From an uncultured bacterium (GTDB lineage Bacteria > Fidelibacterota > Marinisomatia > Marinisomatales > UBA1611): a stretch of DNA of 53,907 nucleotides. Below are positions 38,187-48,076 of this stretch, piece by piece. How positions within the stretch are numbered: the stretch's first letter is position 1; each line of letters starts with the position of its first letter. The stretch spans positions 1 through 53,907 of the forward strand of contig CAYOJL010000004.1 of the NCBI GenBank assembly GCA_964404235.1. Reading direction: 5' to 3'. The position numbers were made by a program, and so were the translations under genes. Under the pieces are notes generated by a model that was given only the letters and a program-made list of their open reading frames with translations, made no database searches and was not told the DNA's origin.

Positions 38187-38999
38187 ATGTCAAAAATTGA
38201 TGATAAAGATCGATTCTATTACAATACAGATTTTCTTGGTAGTCCATCAGGAAGATCTGTAAGGATCCTATCTGAATATTATGGGCCACTCCAAAAATTG
38301 CAACGCAATAAGATCTCTGACACCATTGTTTTTTTTGGTTCAGCAAGGACCCCTTCCAAAGAGGATGCAGAACAGGCACTAAAAAAAGCTCCAAAGAATA
38401 TTGATAAACAAACAATGAATCGACTCAAAATGGATGTGAAGATGAGTCGTTATTATGAAGATGCTAGAGAATTGGCAGGTAAATTCACAAAATGGAGTAA
38501 AAGTTTAAAAGGAACAAAACACCGCTATATTATATGTTCTGGTGGTGGCCCTGGGATCATGGAAGCTTCTAACCGAGGTGCGTCAGAGGCAGGTGGTATT
38601 AATGTGGGCCTCACTATATCACTTCCTTATGAATCATCTGGTAACAAGTGGATATCTGATGACCTGAGCATGAAATTTCATTACTTTTTTATGCGTAAGT
38701 TCTGGTTCCTATATTTGGCAAAAGCCTTGATCGTCTGGCCAGGGGGATTTGGAACTCTCGATGAGGTGATGGAATTATTGACCTTGATCCAAACAGAAAA
38801 GATCAAAAAGCGACTGCCGATAGTGCTATATGGAAAAGAATTTTGGGAAAAAGTGGTGAACTGGGATTACCTTGTAGAAATAGGTACAATATCTCCTGAG
38901 GATCTTGACCTGTTTCATATTTCTGATGATGTGAATGATACTTTCAAATTTGTTACGGACTTCTTAAAAAAGAATCAACTTAAAGGACCAAATTTTTGA
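38187..38999 (+). CDS. LOG-family (TIGR00730-type) nucleotide phosphoribohydrolase
   Basis: GGGPGIMEA and PGGFGTLDEVMELLTLIQT motifs. The ATG at 38187 is preceded by aagagga. Confidence 0.85.
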   Translation: MSKIDDKDRFYYNTDFLGSPSGRSVRILSEYYGPLQKLQRNKISDTIVFFGSARTPSKEDAEQALKKAPKNIDKQTMNRLKMDVKMSRYYEDARELAGKFTKWSKSLKGTKHRYIICSGGGPGIMEASNRGASEAGGINVGLTISLPYESSGNKWISDDLSMKFHYFFMRKFWFLYLAKALIVWPGGFGTLDEVMELLTLIQTEKIKKRLPIVLYGKEFWEKVVNWDYLVEIGTISPEDLDLFHISDDVNDTFKFVTDFLKKNQLKGPNF

Positions 39000-41900
39000 T
39001 AGCTCGATCTATATATATGATCTCATTGATCACGGCTCTAAAAGCACAGACAGAGCCTGTAAAGGATATTCACAGGAATGATCCACGTGTCTGGGCCTTA
39101 AGCCATGCTATGGTACACACAGAGCCTGGAGATTCTATTAAAGATGCTACCATTATTGTAAGGGATGGCAGAATCGAAAAAGTAGGTCGATATATTCAGA
39201 TCCCTTTAGACGCTTATGAGATCGATATGGAAGGAGCCCACATATATGCTGGATTCATAGATGGCTGGCTTCAAATAAAAAAAGATGAAAAAACAAAAAG
39301 CCCTGATGACCATTGGAATGAAAAGATCAGAGCAGAGTATAGAGCAAAGGATGATCTAAAGCTCAAGAAAAAAGATCTAAAGGCACTTCATTCTATTGGG
39401 ATCACAGCAGCACATGTTGTTCCTGAAAAAGGTATTTTTAAAGGAAAATCTGATCTTGTAGTTCTAAATGATGATATGGTATCTATTGCAAAGGATGTGT
39501 CACAAGTATTAGAGTTCAAAACGACAGGATGGTCTGATAGAGGATATCCTAATTCTTTATTGGGTGTGATCGCAGTAATGAGGCAGACCTTCATGGATGC
39601 AGATTGGTATCTTAGGTCACTTGAGATCATTAAAAAATTTCCTGAAGAGAATGAGGCCATCCCCTTAAATCCTTCCCTTTCAGAATTAGGTAGATACCAT
39701 GCCAATAGATTACCAATACTATTCATGACCAAAGAAGAGCATGGCGCCTTGCGATCATTAAAGATCGCTGAAGAGTTCAATCTCAATCCGTGGCTTCTTG
39801 GTAGCGGATATGAATACAGAAGATTGAAGGAGATCGCTAAGTTCAATCCATTCATTATTTTCCCTCTTGATTTTCCGAATAAACCAAAAGTGAATGATCC
39901 TCATATTGCCTTGCAATTCTCAAATGAACAACTAAAGCATTGGGATATGGCACCGGACAACATAAAAAAAGTATTTGATGCAGACCTTCGCTTTAGCCTT
40001 ACATCTGGAACCCTAAAGAATAAAAAAGATTTTAGAAAGAACCTTCAAAAGGTCATTGACCGTGGACTATCACAGGATGTTGCATTGGCGGCACTGACCA
40101 CATACCCAGCTGAGGCAATGGGAGTCGACAAGGTACTAGGGAAGATCCAACCGGGCTATATGGCGAACTTAGTTGTAACAGATGGGAATTATTTTGATGC
40201 AAGATCAAGGATCACATCGATCTGGCTTGCAGGCAAAGAAAAATATATCACAGATCGCCATAAACCAATTGTTGCAGGAAAGTGGGAGCTGGAAATAGAA
40301 AAAGACACCTACGATCTAGAATTTTCAGTTCCTAGTACATATAAAAAGACCAATGATCTAACACAGAAAGCGTTGGCGACCAATAAGCTGGAAGGTAAGA
40401 TCAAAATAGGTGATGAGATCTTGAACCTGATCGATCTCAGAGTTTCTAATAAAGTAATTGAATTCAAAGTAGAGGGGACTTTACTTGATATAGATGCAAT
40501 GCTGGCATTCAAAGGCCAGATCAAGAAAGATCAGTTCAAGGGTAAGGTCTATGATGGATCTAAAAAAGATCTTACTTTCAAAGCAAAACGAACTGTTGAC
40601 ATAAAGCCTATTGTTCGGACAAAAGATATAGCAAGTGATCTAGAGCTCTATCATCCTGAAGGTGCATATGGACTAAATAAGGATCTATTATCACCAAATG
40701 CGATACTAATTGATAATGCTACCATTTGGACCTGTGGACCAAAAGGAATTGTTGAGGAATGGGATATTCTTTTTGTTAATGGTAAGGTTGATAAGGTTGC
40801 ACCCGATATTAGTGTTCCAATGGGTAGTGCCCTTTTAATTGATGGTACAGGAAAATATGTGACCCCAGGGCTTATAGATTGTCATAGTCATTCGGCTGCA
40901 TCTTCCATCAATGAAGGGGCCCAAGCTGTAACTGCTGAAGTGAGAATACGAGATGTATTATTTGCTGATGATGTTAATATTTATAGACAACTAGGAGGCG
41001 GATTGACCACAGCAAATGTGTTACATGGATCAGCAAATCCTATTGGTGGTCAAAATGCGGTCATAAAACTGAGGTGGGGCTCAACTCCAGAGGATCTAAT
41101 ATTTAAAAATGCACCAGAGGGAATCAAATTTGCTCTAGGCGAAAATGTAAAACAAGCCAATTGGGCAGGAACAGGGCGTTACCCGCAGACCCGTATGGGT
41201 GTAGAGCAAGTTATCAGGGATGCTTTTCGTGCTGCACAGGATTATAGACATAGACATAAAACATATGATAGGAATTCAAAGGCTCAAAGAAAGATCATAC
41301 CACCAAGAAAAGACCTGGAACTTGAGGCTTTAGCTGAAATATTAGAAGGGACCCGCCTTTTACACTGTCATTCCTATCGTCAAGATGAAATATGGATGTT
41401 AACACGTATCGCTGAAGATTTTGGATTCAAGATCGCTACGTTTCAACATGTTCTTGAAGGTTATAAAGTAGCTGAACGTCTTGCCGAGCATGGTGCAGGA
41501 GCATCTACTTTTTCAGATTGGTGGCAGTATAAATATGAAGTGATCGATGCGATTCCCTACAATGGAACTCTAATGGCAAATAATGATGTCCTTGTCTCAT
41601 TTAACTCAGATGATGCTGAATTAGCAAGACGAATGAATACAGAGGCCATGAAAGCAGTAAAATATGGTGACCTATCTGAAGAAGAGGCTTTACACTTTGT
41701 GACCATCAATCCTGCAAAACAATTGAAAATAGATAAATGGGTTGGGTCATTAGAAGAAGGGAAACATGCAGATTTTGTGATCTGGGACGGACCACCTTTA
41801 TCTATATACTCTAAGGTACAAGAGACCTGGATCGAAGGTACTAGGTACTGGTCAATTGATGAGAATGATCAATTAGAAGATCGGGATAAAACAGAGAGGA

Positions 41901-42040
41901 AAGATCTAATTCAAAAAATATTGTCTTCTAAGACCTCCTCTTTCGGTAGAGATATGAAACCAAATAGTGGTACACCACAACACCATCATAACTGTTTGAT
42001 GGATGATAATGAACTAATGGGATCAGAGGTGATCAAATGA
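38996..42040 (+). CDS. Large secreted amidohydrolase-family protein (two amidohydrolase-like modules)
   Basis: Signal-peptide-like N-terminus if the TTG at 38996 is used. The C-terminal module has an intact PGLIDCHSHS metal motif. The N-terminal module has AGFIDGWLQ instead. Confidence 0.85.
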   Translation: MIARSIYMISLITALKAQTEPVKDIHRNDPRVWALSHAMVHTEPGDSIKDATIIVRDGRIEKVGRYIQIPLDAYEIDMEGAHIYAGFIDGWLQIKKDEKTKSPDDHWNEKIRAEYRAKDDLKLKKKDLKALHSIGITAAHVVPEKGIFKGKSDLVVLNDDMVSIAKDVSQVLEFKTTGWSDRGYPNSLLGVIAVMRQTFMDADWYLRSLEIIKKFPEENEAIPLNPSLSELGRYHANRLPILFMTKEEHGALRSLKIAEEFNLNPWLLGSGYEYRRLKEIAKFNPFIIFPLDFPNKPKVNDPHIALQFSNEQLKHWDMAPDNIKKVFDADLRFSLTSGTLKNKKDFRKNLQKVIDRGLSQDVALAALTTYPAEAMGVDKVLGKIQPGYMANLVVTDGNYFDARSRITSIWLAGKEKYITDRHKPIVAGKWELEIEKDTYDLEFSVPSTYKKTNDLTQKALATNKLEGKIKIGDEILNLIDLRVSNKVIEFKVEGTLLDIDAMLAFKGQIKKDQFKGKVYDGSKKDLTFKAKRTVDIKPIVRTKDIASDLELYHPEGAYGLNKDLLSPNAILIDNATIWTCGPKGIVEEWDILFVNGKVDKVAPDISVPMGSALLIDGTGKYVTPGLIDCHSHSAASSINEGAQAVTAEVRIRDVLFADDVNIYRQLGGGLTTANVLHGSANPIGGQNAVIKLRWGSTPEDLIFKNAPEGIKFALGENVKQANWAGTGRYPQTRMGVEQVIRDAFRAAQDYRHRHKTYDRNSKAQRKIIPPRKDLELEALAEILEGTRLLHCHSYRQDEIWMLTRIAEDFGFKIATFQHVLEGYKVAERLAEHGAGASTFSDWWQYKYEVIDAIPYNGTLMANNDVLVSFNSDDAELARRMNTEAMKAVKYGDLSEEEALHFVTINPAKQLKIDKWVGSLEEGKHADFVIWDGPPLSIYSKVQETWIEGTRYWSIDENDQLEDRDKTERKDLIQKILSSKTSSFGRDMKPNSGTPQHHHNCLMDDNELMGSEVIK

Positions 42041-43356
42041 GGAATCTCACTCTATTGTTCTTTATCTCACTGGTCTTATCAAATGATCAGATCCCGGGTA
42101 CAGATCAGAAAAGACCTATTCTATTACGTGGTGGGACTCTCCATACAGTATCAGGCGATGTTCTAGAAAAGTATGATCTCTTGTTTGCAGAGGGAAAGAT
42201 CATCACTATTGATGAACAGATCCAGCCTTCACCTGAGACCGATGTTTATGAAATTTTTGGAAAACATGTGGTTCCTGGCTTTGTTGCTGGGTACACTAGA
42301 ATTGGCCTCACTGAGATCTCAGCTGTAAAACAAACGAATGACCATTCTGAGACCGGGGATATAAACCCCAATGTCAGAGCGAATGTCGCTTATAATCCAG
42401 ATTCAGACCTCATTCCAGTAACCAGGTCAAACGGTGTTTTAGTAGTTAATTCTGCACCTTCATCAGGCAGGATAGCAGGACAATCTTCAGTTATGATGAT
42501 GGATGGATGGACATGGGAAGATGCAACTATGAAGCATCCAGCTGCTTTGAATTTGAACTGGCCTAATATGAATTTTGATTTTAGAAAAAATATTAAAAAA
42601 ACTTATAAAATACAGCTAGCAGAGTATAATGAGACCATAAGAAAAATTGATCTTTTAGTTCGTAATGTTCGTGCCTATCACCATAGACGAAATGCAAAAG
42701 AAAGGAGAGCAGAGCACAAACAAGAATCAGACCTTAGACTAGAATCTATGATCCCGTTTATTATTTATAAAGAACCTATCCATGTAAAAGCAAATGATAT
42801 TCGGCAGATAGAAGCAGCGGTCAACTGGGCTAATGACCAAGATCTGAATATAGTGATCGTGGGTGGCAGGGATTCTTGGATCAATCCAGAACTACTAGTA
42901 AAAAATAATGTCCCTGTAATATTACTAGGTGTGCAGGTGACTCCTAGACGAAGATTCGAGCCTATTCATCTTCCTTATAAACTGCCTTCTATATTATATG
43001 AAGAGGGCGTTCATTTTTGTATTTCGCTAGATCCTGGGTATCCTATGGATGGGCATGTTAGGACACTACCTGATGAAGCTATGAGAGCTCTATCATGGGG
43101 ATTAACAGAGGATCAAGCTTTAAGATCTATTACCTTATCCGCAGCTGAAATATTAGGTGTGGATGAACAAATTGGTTCACTTGAGCCTGGTAAAGATGCC
43201 ACATTCTTTATAGCAGAAAGTGAACCATTAACCCAAACAACAAATCCGGTTAAAGCATTTATTCAAGGTCGTGAGTTGGATCTTTCAGATCGCCAAAAAA
43301 ATCTTTGGGAAAAGTATAAAGAAAAATATCGTCGCCTAGGAAGACTGAACGAATAA
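42037..43356 (+). CDS. Secreted amidohydrolase-like protein with a degenerate metal site
   Basis: The overall layout is that of imidazolonepropionase-like amidohydrolases, but the HxH position reads VPGFVAGYTRIG. There is an ATGA overlap with the preceding gene. Confidence 0.8.
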   Translation: MRNLTLLFFISLVLSNDQIPGTDQKRPILLRGGTLHTVSGDVLEKYDLLFAEGKIITIDEQIQPSPETDVYEIFGKHVVPGFVAGYTRIGLTEISAVKQTNDHSETGDINPNVRANVAYNPDSDLIPVTRSNGVLVVNSAPSSGRIAGQSSVMMMDGWTWEDATMKHPAALNLNWPNMNFDFRKNIKKTYKIQLAEYNETIRKIDLLVRNVRAYHHRRNAKERRAEHKQESDLRLESMIPFIIYKEPIHVKANDIRQIEAAVNWANDQDLNIVIVGGRDSWINPELLVKNNVPVILLGVQVTPRRRFEPIHLPYKLPSILYEEGVHFCISLDPGYPMDGHVRTLPDEAMRALSWGLTEDQALRSITLSAAEILGVDEQIGSLEPGKDATFFIAESEPLTQTTNPVKAFIQGRELDLSDRQKNLWEKYKEKYRRLGRLNE

Positions 43357-43359
43357 GAA

Positions 43360-43746
43360 TCAGATCGTTCGTAGACTAATTATATAACCGGTACCTGTTG
43401 CAGCTCCAATGATGGTCATAGCTTTGATCAATACCATACTATCGGGTATACCAAATAATACTGAAATCGATACAAAGACCCACATACATGTTATTGCCAT
43501 GTACTTAGCTTTTTTTGGCATACCCCTGCCTTCTCGAAAATTCTTAACATGATGTCCATAATATTTATTATTTAAGACCCAATTATATAATTTTTCAGAA
43601 CTACGAAAAAAGCACGCTGCCGAAAGAATCATTATTGGGGTGGTTGGCAACCCAGGTACTATAATACCAATTAGACCAATCGTAGATAGTAATATGCCTA
43701 TTACAAGCCAAAAGTATCTAATGACTGAATTATTATTAATATTCAT
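43360..43746 (-). CDS. YbaN-family (DUF454) inner membrane protein
   Basis: PGLPTTPIMILSAACFFRSSEKLYNW signature. Confidence 0.8.
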   Translation of the reverse strand: MNINNNSVIRYFWLVIGILLSTIGLIGIIVPGLPTTPIMILSAACFFRSSEKLYNWVLNNKYYGHHVKNFREGRGMPKKAKYMAITCMWVFVSISVLFGIPDSMVLIKAMTIIGAATGTGYIISLRTI

Positions 43747-43783
43747 ATATCAATTCATCTAAAGTATAGATATTGATTTTGAT

Positions 43784-44206
43784 CTAATTGAATGTTGCAT
43801 CCATATCAATGGTAATATCTGGAGTATCTTGTGATACATCTATGACCTCTATATGACTACCAATTAAACTATAATTAGAACCTGCAGTAGCATATCCAAG
43901 CGACCAATAAGTGACAGTAATGGCATCATATGATCTAAAAGAAAGATCAGGAAAGCTATAATTATATGCACCATTTGAGACCTCATCATTTGTAATATAG
44001 GCAAAAGCTGCTGGAGGACCTTGTGGAGGGTAGGACGTATCTAATGTAATTAATACCTCACCACTATCTGGCCATGATCCGCTAAAGGTTACAGTTCCTG
44101 ATACAGAGCCGAACTCAGGTAGGACTTCTTCATTAGTATCATTGTCTTCACAAGAAACTATTATTAAAAAAAATGACGCTATTATTAGTCTGGTAATTTG
44201 TCCCAT
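43784..44206 (-). CDS. Small lipoprotein partnered with the TonB-dependent receptor
   Basis: Lipobox IVSC and a beta-rich sequence. It lies 11 nt downstream of the receptor gene. Confidence 0.55.
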   Translation of the reverse strand: MGQITRLIIASFFLIIVSCEDNDTNEEVLPEFGSVSGTVTFSGSWPDSGEVLITLDTSYPPQGPPAAFAYITNDEVSNGAYNYSFPDLSFRSYDAITVTYWSLGYATAGSNYSLIGSHIEVIDVSQDTPDITIDMDATFN

Positions 44207-44217
44207 GGGTGATTCCT

Positions 44218-46380
44218 TTAATGCATTGGTTTGTTAATCGATATTTCAAAATTTCTTCTGGGCATTGGATAATGTTGAATCATAACGTAGTCTATATCAA
44301 ACAGATTTTTAATTTTTATAGTTAGATCATATTCCATTATAGTTTTGGAAATACTAGCATCTGTGATGATCGTCTCAGGGAGAGTTTCCAATGGAAAAAT
44401 GACTGTATTGTTCTCAATTGGATGATCATCATTTAAGAAATCTTCATATAATTGAGTACTCGTGTACTTGGTTGAGACCAATATATCAGCAATAGGCGTC
44501 TTTTGTAATAAAGTAAATCTTATCTTATGTTTTGGACGGTATAGCAATGGAGCAGCTGAATTAATATTTTCCATATCTAAATAACTATAAGTGAAATTTA
44601 TATTTGACCCAATGGGATCTATGGCAATGTTTGAACCAAATTCAAAGCCTAATCCATTTACCACTTCTCGATTTACAGATCTGACAGGAATGGTATAAAT
44701 AAAATCGATCATATCTGTATAACGATTTAAGAAAACATTACTAAACAGTGAAAAATTCTTTTCTCTTTGATACTTTATTCCTGCTTCAATATTCGTTAAT
44801 GATTCTGCTTTTAGAGTTGGATTACCTAACAGCAAGAGTCCGTAACTACTTTCGTATTCTAAAAATAATTCTGAAATAGAAGGTGCTCTAAATCCCCGGT
44901 TCAATGATATATAAGTTGTAGATGTTGAATTAAATTTATAGAATAGACTTAATTTTGGAGAAAATGCCTGAAAGGCTTTAACACTATATCCTTCGCCTCC
45001 TGTTACTTCTCTATTATCATACCTTAGTCCTAGATCATACATTAATTTATTTGAGATCGGTTTTCTAAATTGTGCAAAACCTGCAATTGTAAATTGTTCT
45101 GGTTGGGTATATATATTTCTCAAAACATTTGACCTAGAATGGTCTATCGATATTTCTGTACCTATCGTCAAATTAGCTCCCCCATCAAAAAACCTCTGCC
45201 ACTGGCTTCTCATTATGTAACTCTCATCCCTATAATGTGTCTTACCTTGTATTTTTTCCTCAGGAGCATCATCGCGATCATTATAATCAGTTTTAAATTG
45301 GTTTGTAGCCAAGGAAAACGATAATAAAGACTTAGCCAAAAGGCGTTTATAATAAAACTGAAGGTAGCTACTGATACGTTTAGATTCTCTATATGATATA
45401 AGTCCTGGATTATCTGGATAGATAAAACCAGGTTGCCCATTAAAGCTATTAGAATTGATAAAAGACAATTGGATCTGTTGGTCATTCTTGAAGGATCTAT
45501 TGACCTTAAGGGATAGTCGTGCCTGCTCATAACCAGAATTGAATCTGTGTCCATTTGAACTACCATAACCTAGTGAACTAATAAAATTAGTTTTATCAAT
45601 ATTACCAATATAGGATAATGATAGTGCCTGTGAACCATAGCTACCAAAACGTAGCTCGGGATACCATTTATTTAAATTTTCACCAGACCTTGTAACAATA
45701 TTGATCACGCCACCCATAGAATTATGACCATATATAGAGGAAGCAGGGCCTCTAACTATCTCAATATGTTTTATAGTCTCAAATGGGATAGCATTCCAAT
45801 CTGATGAGCCAGAATTCGGTATCGAGACAGGAAAACCATCAAGCAATAATAAAACTCGATTATTATATCCCCCGGGTTTGAAATCAGAGGAACCTCTAAT
45901 TGAAATATTCACATTACGACCATATTCATGAGCACTTTGAACCTCAATGCCATGAAGATTACTTAGTAACCCAGAAAGAGTTTCTTGATCTGTATTATTT
46001 GTTTTTTTTGTTTCAACTATTTCAGTTATCTCTGGTGAATGCTTAGAAGGTATCAATCCCATTACATTAATGGCTTTCCATTGAATGGGGTCTTTATGAA
46101 GAGAGATAGTTATAAATTCTCGGTCATTATCTTTTAATTGAAATCTTTTAGAAAATGTTTTGTAACCGATCATCGAAAAGAAAAGCTGAGAATTTCCAAG
46201 AGGCAAATTCTCAATTATAAAATTTCCTTCTTTATCAGTGGTTGACCCTATATCAGAATCATTCACAATTATATTCACATTTTCTAGAGATTTATTTGTT
46301 TCTGCATCTTTGATAGTGCCTGATATGGATATCCCACTAACAAAAGATGTGAGCATCATAATAAATATTATATGGTACAT
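44218..46380 (-). CDS. TonB-dependent receptor with an N-terminal carboxypeptidase-regulatory-like domain
   Basis: ISGTIKDAETNKSLENVNI... (CarboxypepD_reg-like), plug motifs IEIVRGPASSIYGHNSMGGVINIVTR, and a long beta-barrel. Confidence 0.9.
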   Translation of the reverse strand: MYHIIFIMMLTSFVSGISISGTIKDAETNKSLENVNIIVNDSDIGSTTDKEGNFIIENLPLGNSQLFFSMIGYKTFSKRFQLKDNDREFITISLHKDPIQWKAINVMGLIPSKHSPEITEIVETKKTNNTDQETLSGLLSNLHGIEVQSAHEYGRNVNISIRGSSDFKPGGYNNRVLLLLDGFPVSIPNSGSSDWNAIPFETIKHIEIVRGPASSIYGHNSMGGVINIVTRSGENLNKWYPELRFGSYGSQALSLSYIGNIDKTNFISSLGYGSSNGHRFNSGYEQARLSLKVNRSFKNDQQIQLSFINSNSFNGQPGFIYPDNPGLISYRESKRISSYLQFYYKRLLAKSLLSFSLATNQFKTDYNDRDDAPEEKIQGKTHYRDESYIMRSQWQRFFDGGANLTIGTEISIDHSRSNVLRNIYTQPEQFTIAGFAQFRKPISNKLMYDLGLRYDNREVTGGEGYSVKAFQAFSPKLSLFYKFNSTSTTYISLNRGFRAPSISELFLEYESSYGLLLLGNPTLKAESLTNIEAGIKYQREKNFSLFSNVFLNRYTDMIDFIYTIPVRSVNREVVNGLGFEFGSNIAIDPIGSNINFTYSYLDMENINSAAPLLYRPKHKIRFTLLQKTPIADILVSTKYTSTQLYEDFLNDDHPIENNTVIFPLETLPETIITDASISKTIMEYDLTIKIKNLFDIDYVMIQHYPMPRRNFEISINKPMH

Positions 46381-46404
46381 ATATAATTAAAATCTATTTT
46401 ATAA

Positions 46405-47001
46405 TTAATTATTTATCTTTGGATCTGTGATCAATTCATTCAAAAGATTCTCAACATCCTTATTAGTAACTGGCTCTTTTCTATCACCCATAAAGACCAG
46501 ACCCATAAATAGACCACCAAGAGCTTTGAACATAAGCTGTGGATCTACTTTAGGGAATTCACCTTTTTTGACACCATCCTCTAAAAGTCCCTGTATAACA
46601 GCATAGAGCCGGTGCTGATAATCTTTCCATGGTTGTTTATCTAGTTTAATTGCTTTTGGAACATTGAAAAGGAATTCAAAAAGACCGGGTCGATCTTGTG
46701 CATTCTCAGCTATTTTGATGAGCACATTAACAAATGTCTTTCTAGGTGATTCTTGCTCTGCAATTACAGGCTCAAGGGATTCCCATATATTCTGCCAACC
46801 ATCTTCTAAAATAGCAGATAATACTTCCTCTTTAGATTTAAAATAATAGTAAAGGGTGGCTTTGCCAAAACCAGAGGCGTTCGCGATCTCATCCATGGTC
46901 GCGCCATCTAGACCCTTATCTTTGAAAACAGTAAGGGCACCAGCAAGAATACGTTCCTGGCGCATTTTTCTTTCTTCTAATTGTCTTTCAGAAATTGACA
47001 T
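46405..47001 (-). CDS. TetR/AcrR-family transcriptional regulator
   Basis: HTH motif GATMDEIANASGFGKATLYYYFKSKEEV. Confidence 0.9.
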   Translation of the reverse strand: MSISERQLEERKMRQERILAGALTVFKDKGLDGATMDEIANASGFGKATLYYYFKSKEEVLSAILEDGWQNIWESLEPVIAEQESPRKTFVNVLIKIAENAQDRPGLFEFLFNVPKAIKLDKQPWKDYQHRLYAVIQGLLEDGVKKGEFPKVDPQLMFKALGGLFMGLVFMGDRKEPVTNKDVENLLNELITDPKINN

Positions 47002-47021
47002 AAAATTAAGATTTATAAAAA

Positions 47022-47042
47022 AGTTCGAATCCCAGTTCGAAA
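47022..47042. promoter_or_regulatory. Candidate TetR operator (two GTTCGAA palindromic half-sites)
   Basis: aGTTCGAAtcccaGTTCGAAa lies about 20 nt upstream of the tetR start codon. The assignment is purely positional. Confidence 0.25.
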
Positions 47043-47185
47043 TTTAAAACGTAATTACTGTTGATACAAAACGAATCAAATAATAATTAAATGATTTTCT
47101 GTTAATTTTGATGGTAGATAAGAGACCACATAATGAATAATAGAGCAACAATAATTATTCGTTGTGTCTAAAAAGGAAAGTAAAT

Positions 47186-47611
47186 ATGAACAAAGAAAAA
47201 GTTCTCAACTCCTTAAATACAATATTAGAGCTTGAATTAGCTGGAGTTGTAAAGTACACACACTATGCATTTATGGTACAAGGACCCTACCGCTTGTCTG
47301 TTGTAGAATGGCTCAGAGAGCAAGCACAAGAATCTTTAACCCATGCAGAAGCAGTAGGTGAGCATATAACCAGCCTTGGAGAACACCCTACTTTAAAAAT
47401 AAGTGACCTCCTTGAAACTCATAAACACTCTACTGAAGATATTTTGCATGAGTGTTTAGACCATGAAAAAGAAGCGATCAGGTCATATTATGAACTATTG
47501 AAAAATGTAGATGGTGGTTCGATTATGTTAGAAGAATTTGCTCGTACACAGATCGCTTTGGAAGAGATGCATGAGGCTGAACTGAAAAAAATGCTAAGGG
47601 ATAACTTCTAA
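47186..47611 (+). CDS. Ferritin-like four-helix-bundle protein (bacterioferritin/Dps-like)
   Basis: It aligns gap-free with the Bfr helix A/B region (LELELAG..KYTHYAFM...THAE..GEHI..LGEHP) and has EEMHEAE (ExxH) near the C-terminus. The ATG at 47186 is preceded by aaaggaaag. Confidence 0.7.
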   Translation: MNKEKVLNSLNTILELELAGVVKYTHYAFMVQGPYRLSVVEWLREQAQESLTHAEAVGEHITSLGEHPTLKISDLLETHKHSTEDILHECLDHEKEAIRSYYELLKNVDGGSIMLEEFARTQIALEEMHEAELKKMLRDNF

Positions 47612-47631
47612 GGTGTTGAATATCAAATATT

Positions 47632-48060
47632 CTATTTATCTAAACTATCGTATAAACTAAGTCCATCTTCAATGGGGAAAGTTTCTAGATAACCGTAACC
47701 TCGCATTACACCTTCTATTTGCATTGATAGTCCTGACTGATAATAGTCTACTAAATAATCTAGCCTCTTAACAGAAACCGATTCGGTGTCTAATTCATTT
47801 ACCCTCATTGCAGCATTTTTTACTGGGATAAGTTCAGGATTATTACTGGAAGATAGTGCGGCTAATAATTCATTAAATGCCTTATCTATATCGCCCTCTT
47901 CCTCACCTATCATTATATGTAATTGGTGGTGGTATTTGCTTAAGAACTGAAAAGCCTTGATCTTTTGCTCAAGCATATGACGTTCATCTATTTTAGTGTC
48001 GGTGTTACTGCTACAACAAAAAAGAATTAATGGAATTAAAGTTATAATGTATCTGGTCAT
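47632..48060 (-). CDS. Lipoprotein, unknown function
   Basis: Lipobox-like ILFCCSS. I recognise no motif. Confidence 0.5.
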   Translation of the reverse strand: MTRYIITLIPLILFCCSSNTDTKIDERHMLEQKIKAFQFLSKYHHQLHIMIGEEEGDIDKAFNELLAALSSSNNPELIPVKNAAMRVNELDTESVSVKRLDYLVDYYQSGLSMQIEGVMRGYGYLETFPIEDGLSLYDSLDK

Positions 48061-48076
48061 CTTATTAGCTTAGATA

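Noticed and set aside
38113-38415. 100-aa minus-strand ORF overlapping the LOG gene start
   Set aside because: It is antisense to a well-supported LOG-family CDS, has no motif, and is probably a shadow ORF.
43347-43370. GAACGA-N12-TCGTTC hairpin spanning the convergent stops of the amidohydrolase and ybaN genes, as a bidirectional terminator
   Set aside because: The stem is only 6 bp with a 12-nt loop and no U-tract, and it lies largely within coding sequence.
39388-45566. Antisense ORFs 39388-39855, 40309-40524, 45139-45324 and 45213-45566 within the amidohydrolase and TBDR genes
   Set aside because: They are shadow ORFs of strongly supported genes and have no independent evidence.
47021-47042. 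GTTCGAATCCC resembling a tRNA T-loop, raising the possibility of a tRNA gene or tRNA-derived att remnant
   Set aside because: There are no complementary T-stem arms, acceptor stem or anticodon arm around it. Upstream sequence is the tetR coding region. It is better explained as a palindromic operator candidate.
47131-47160. GAATAAT-N12-ATTATTC and aataattattc upstream of the ferritin-like gene, as a possible Fur box
   Set aside because: The resemblance is weak, the spacing is atypical, and such AT-only repeats are expected by chance in this AT-rich intergenic DNA.
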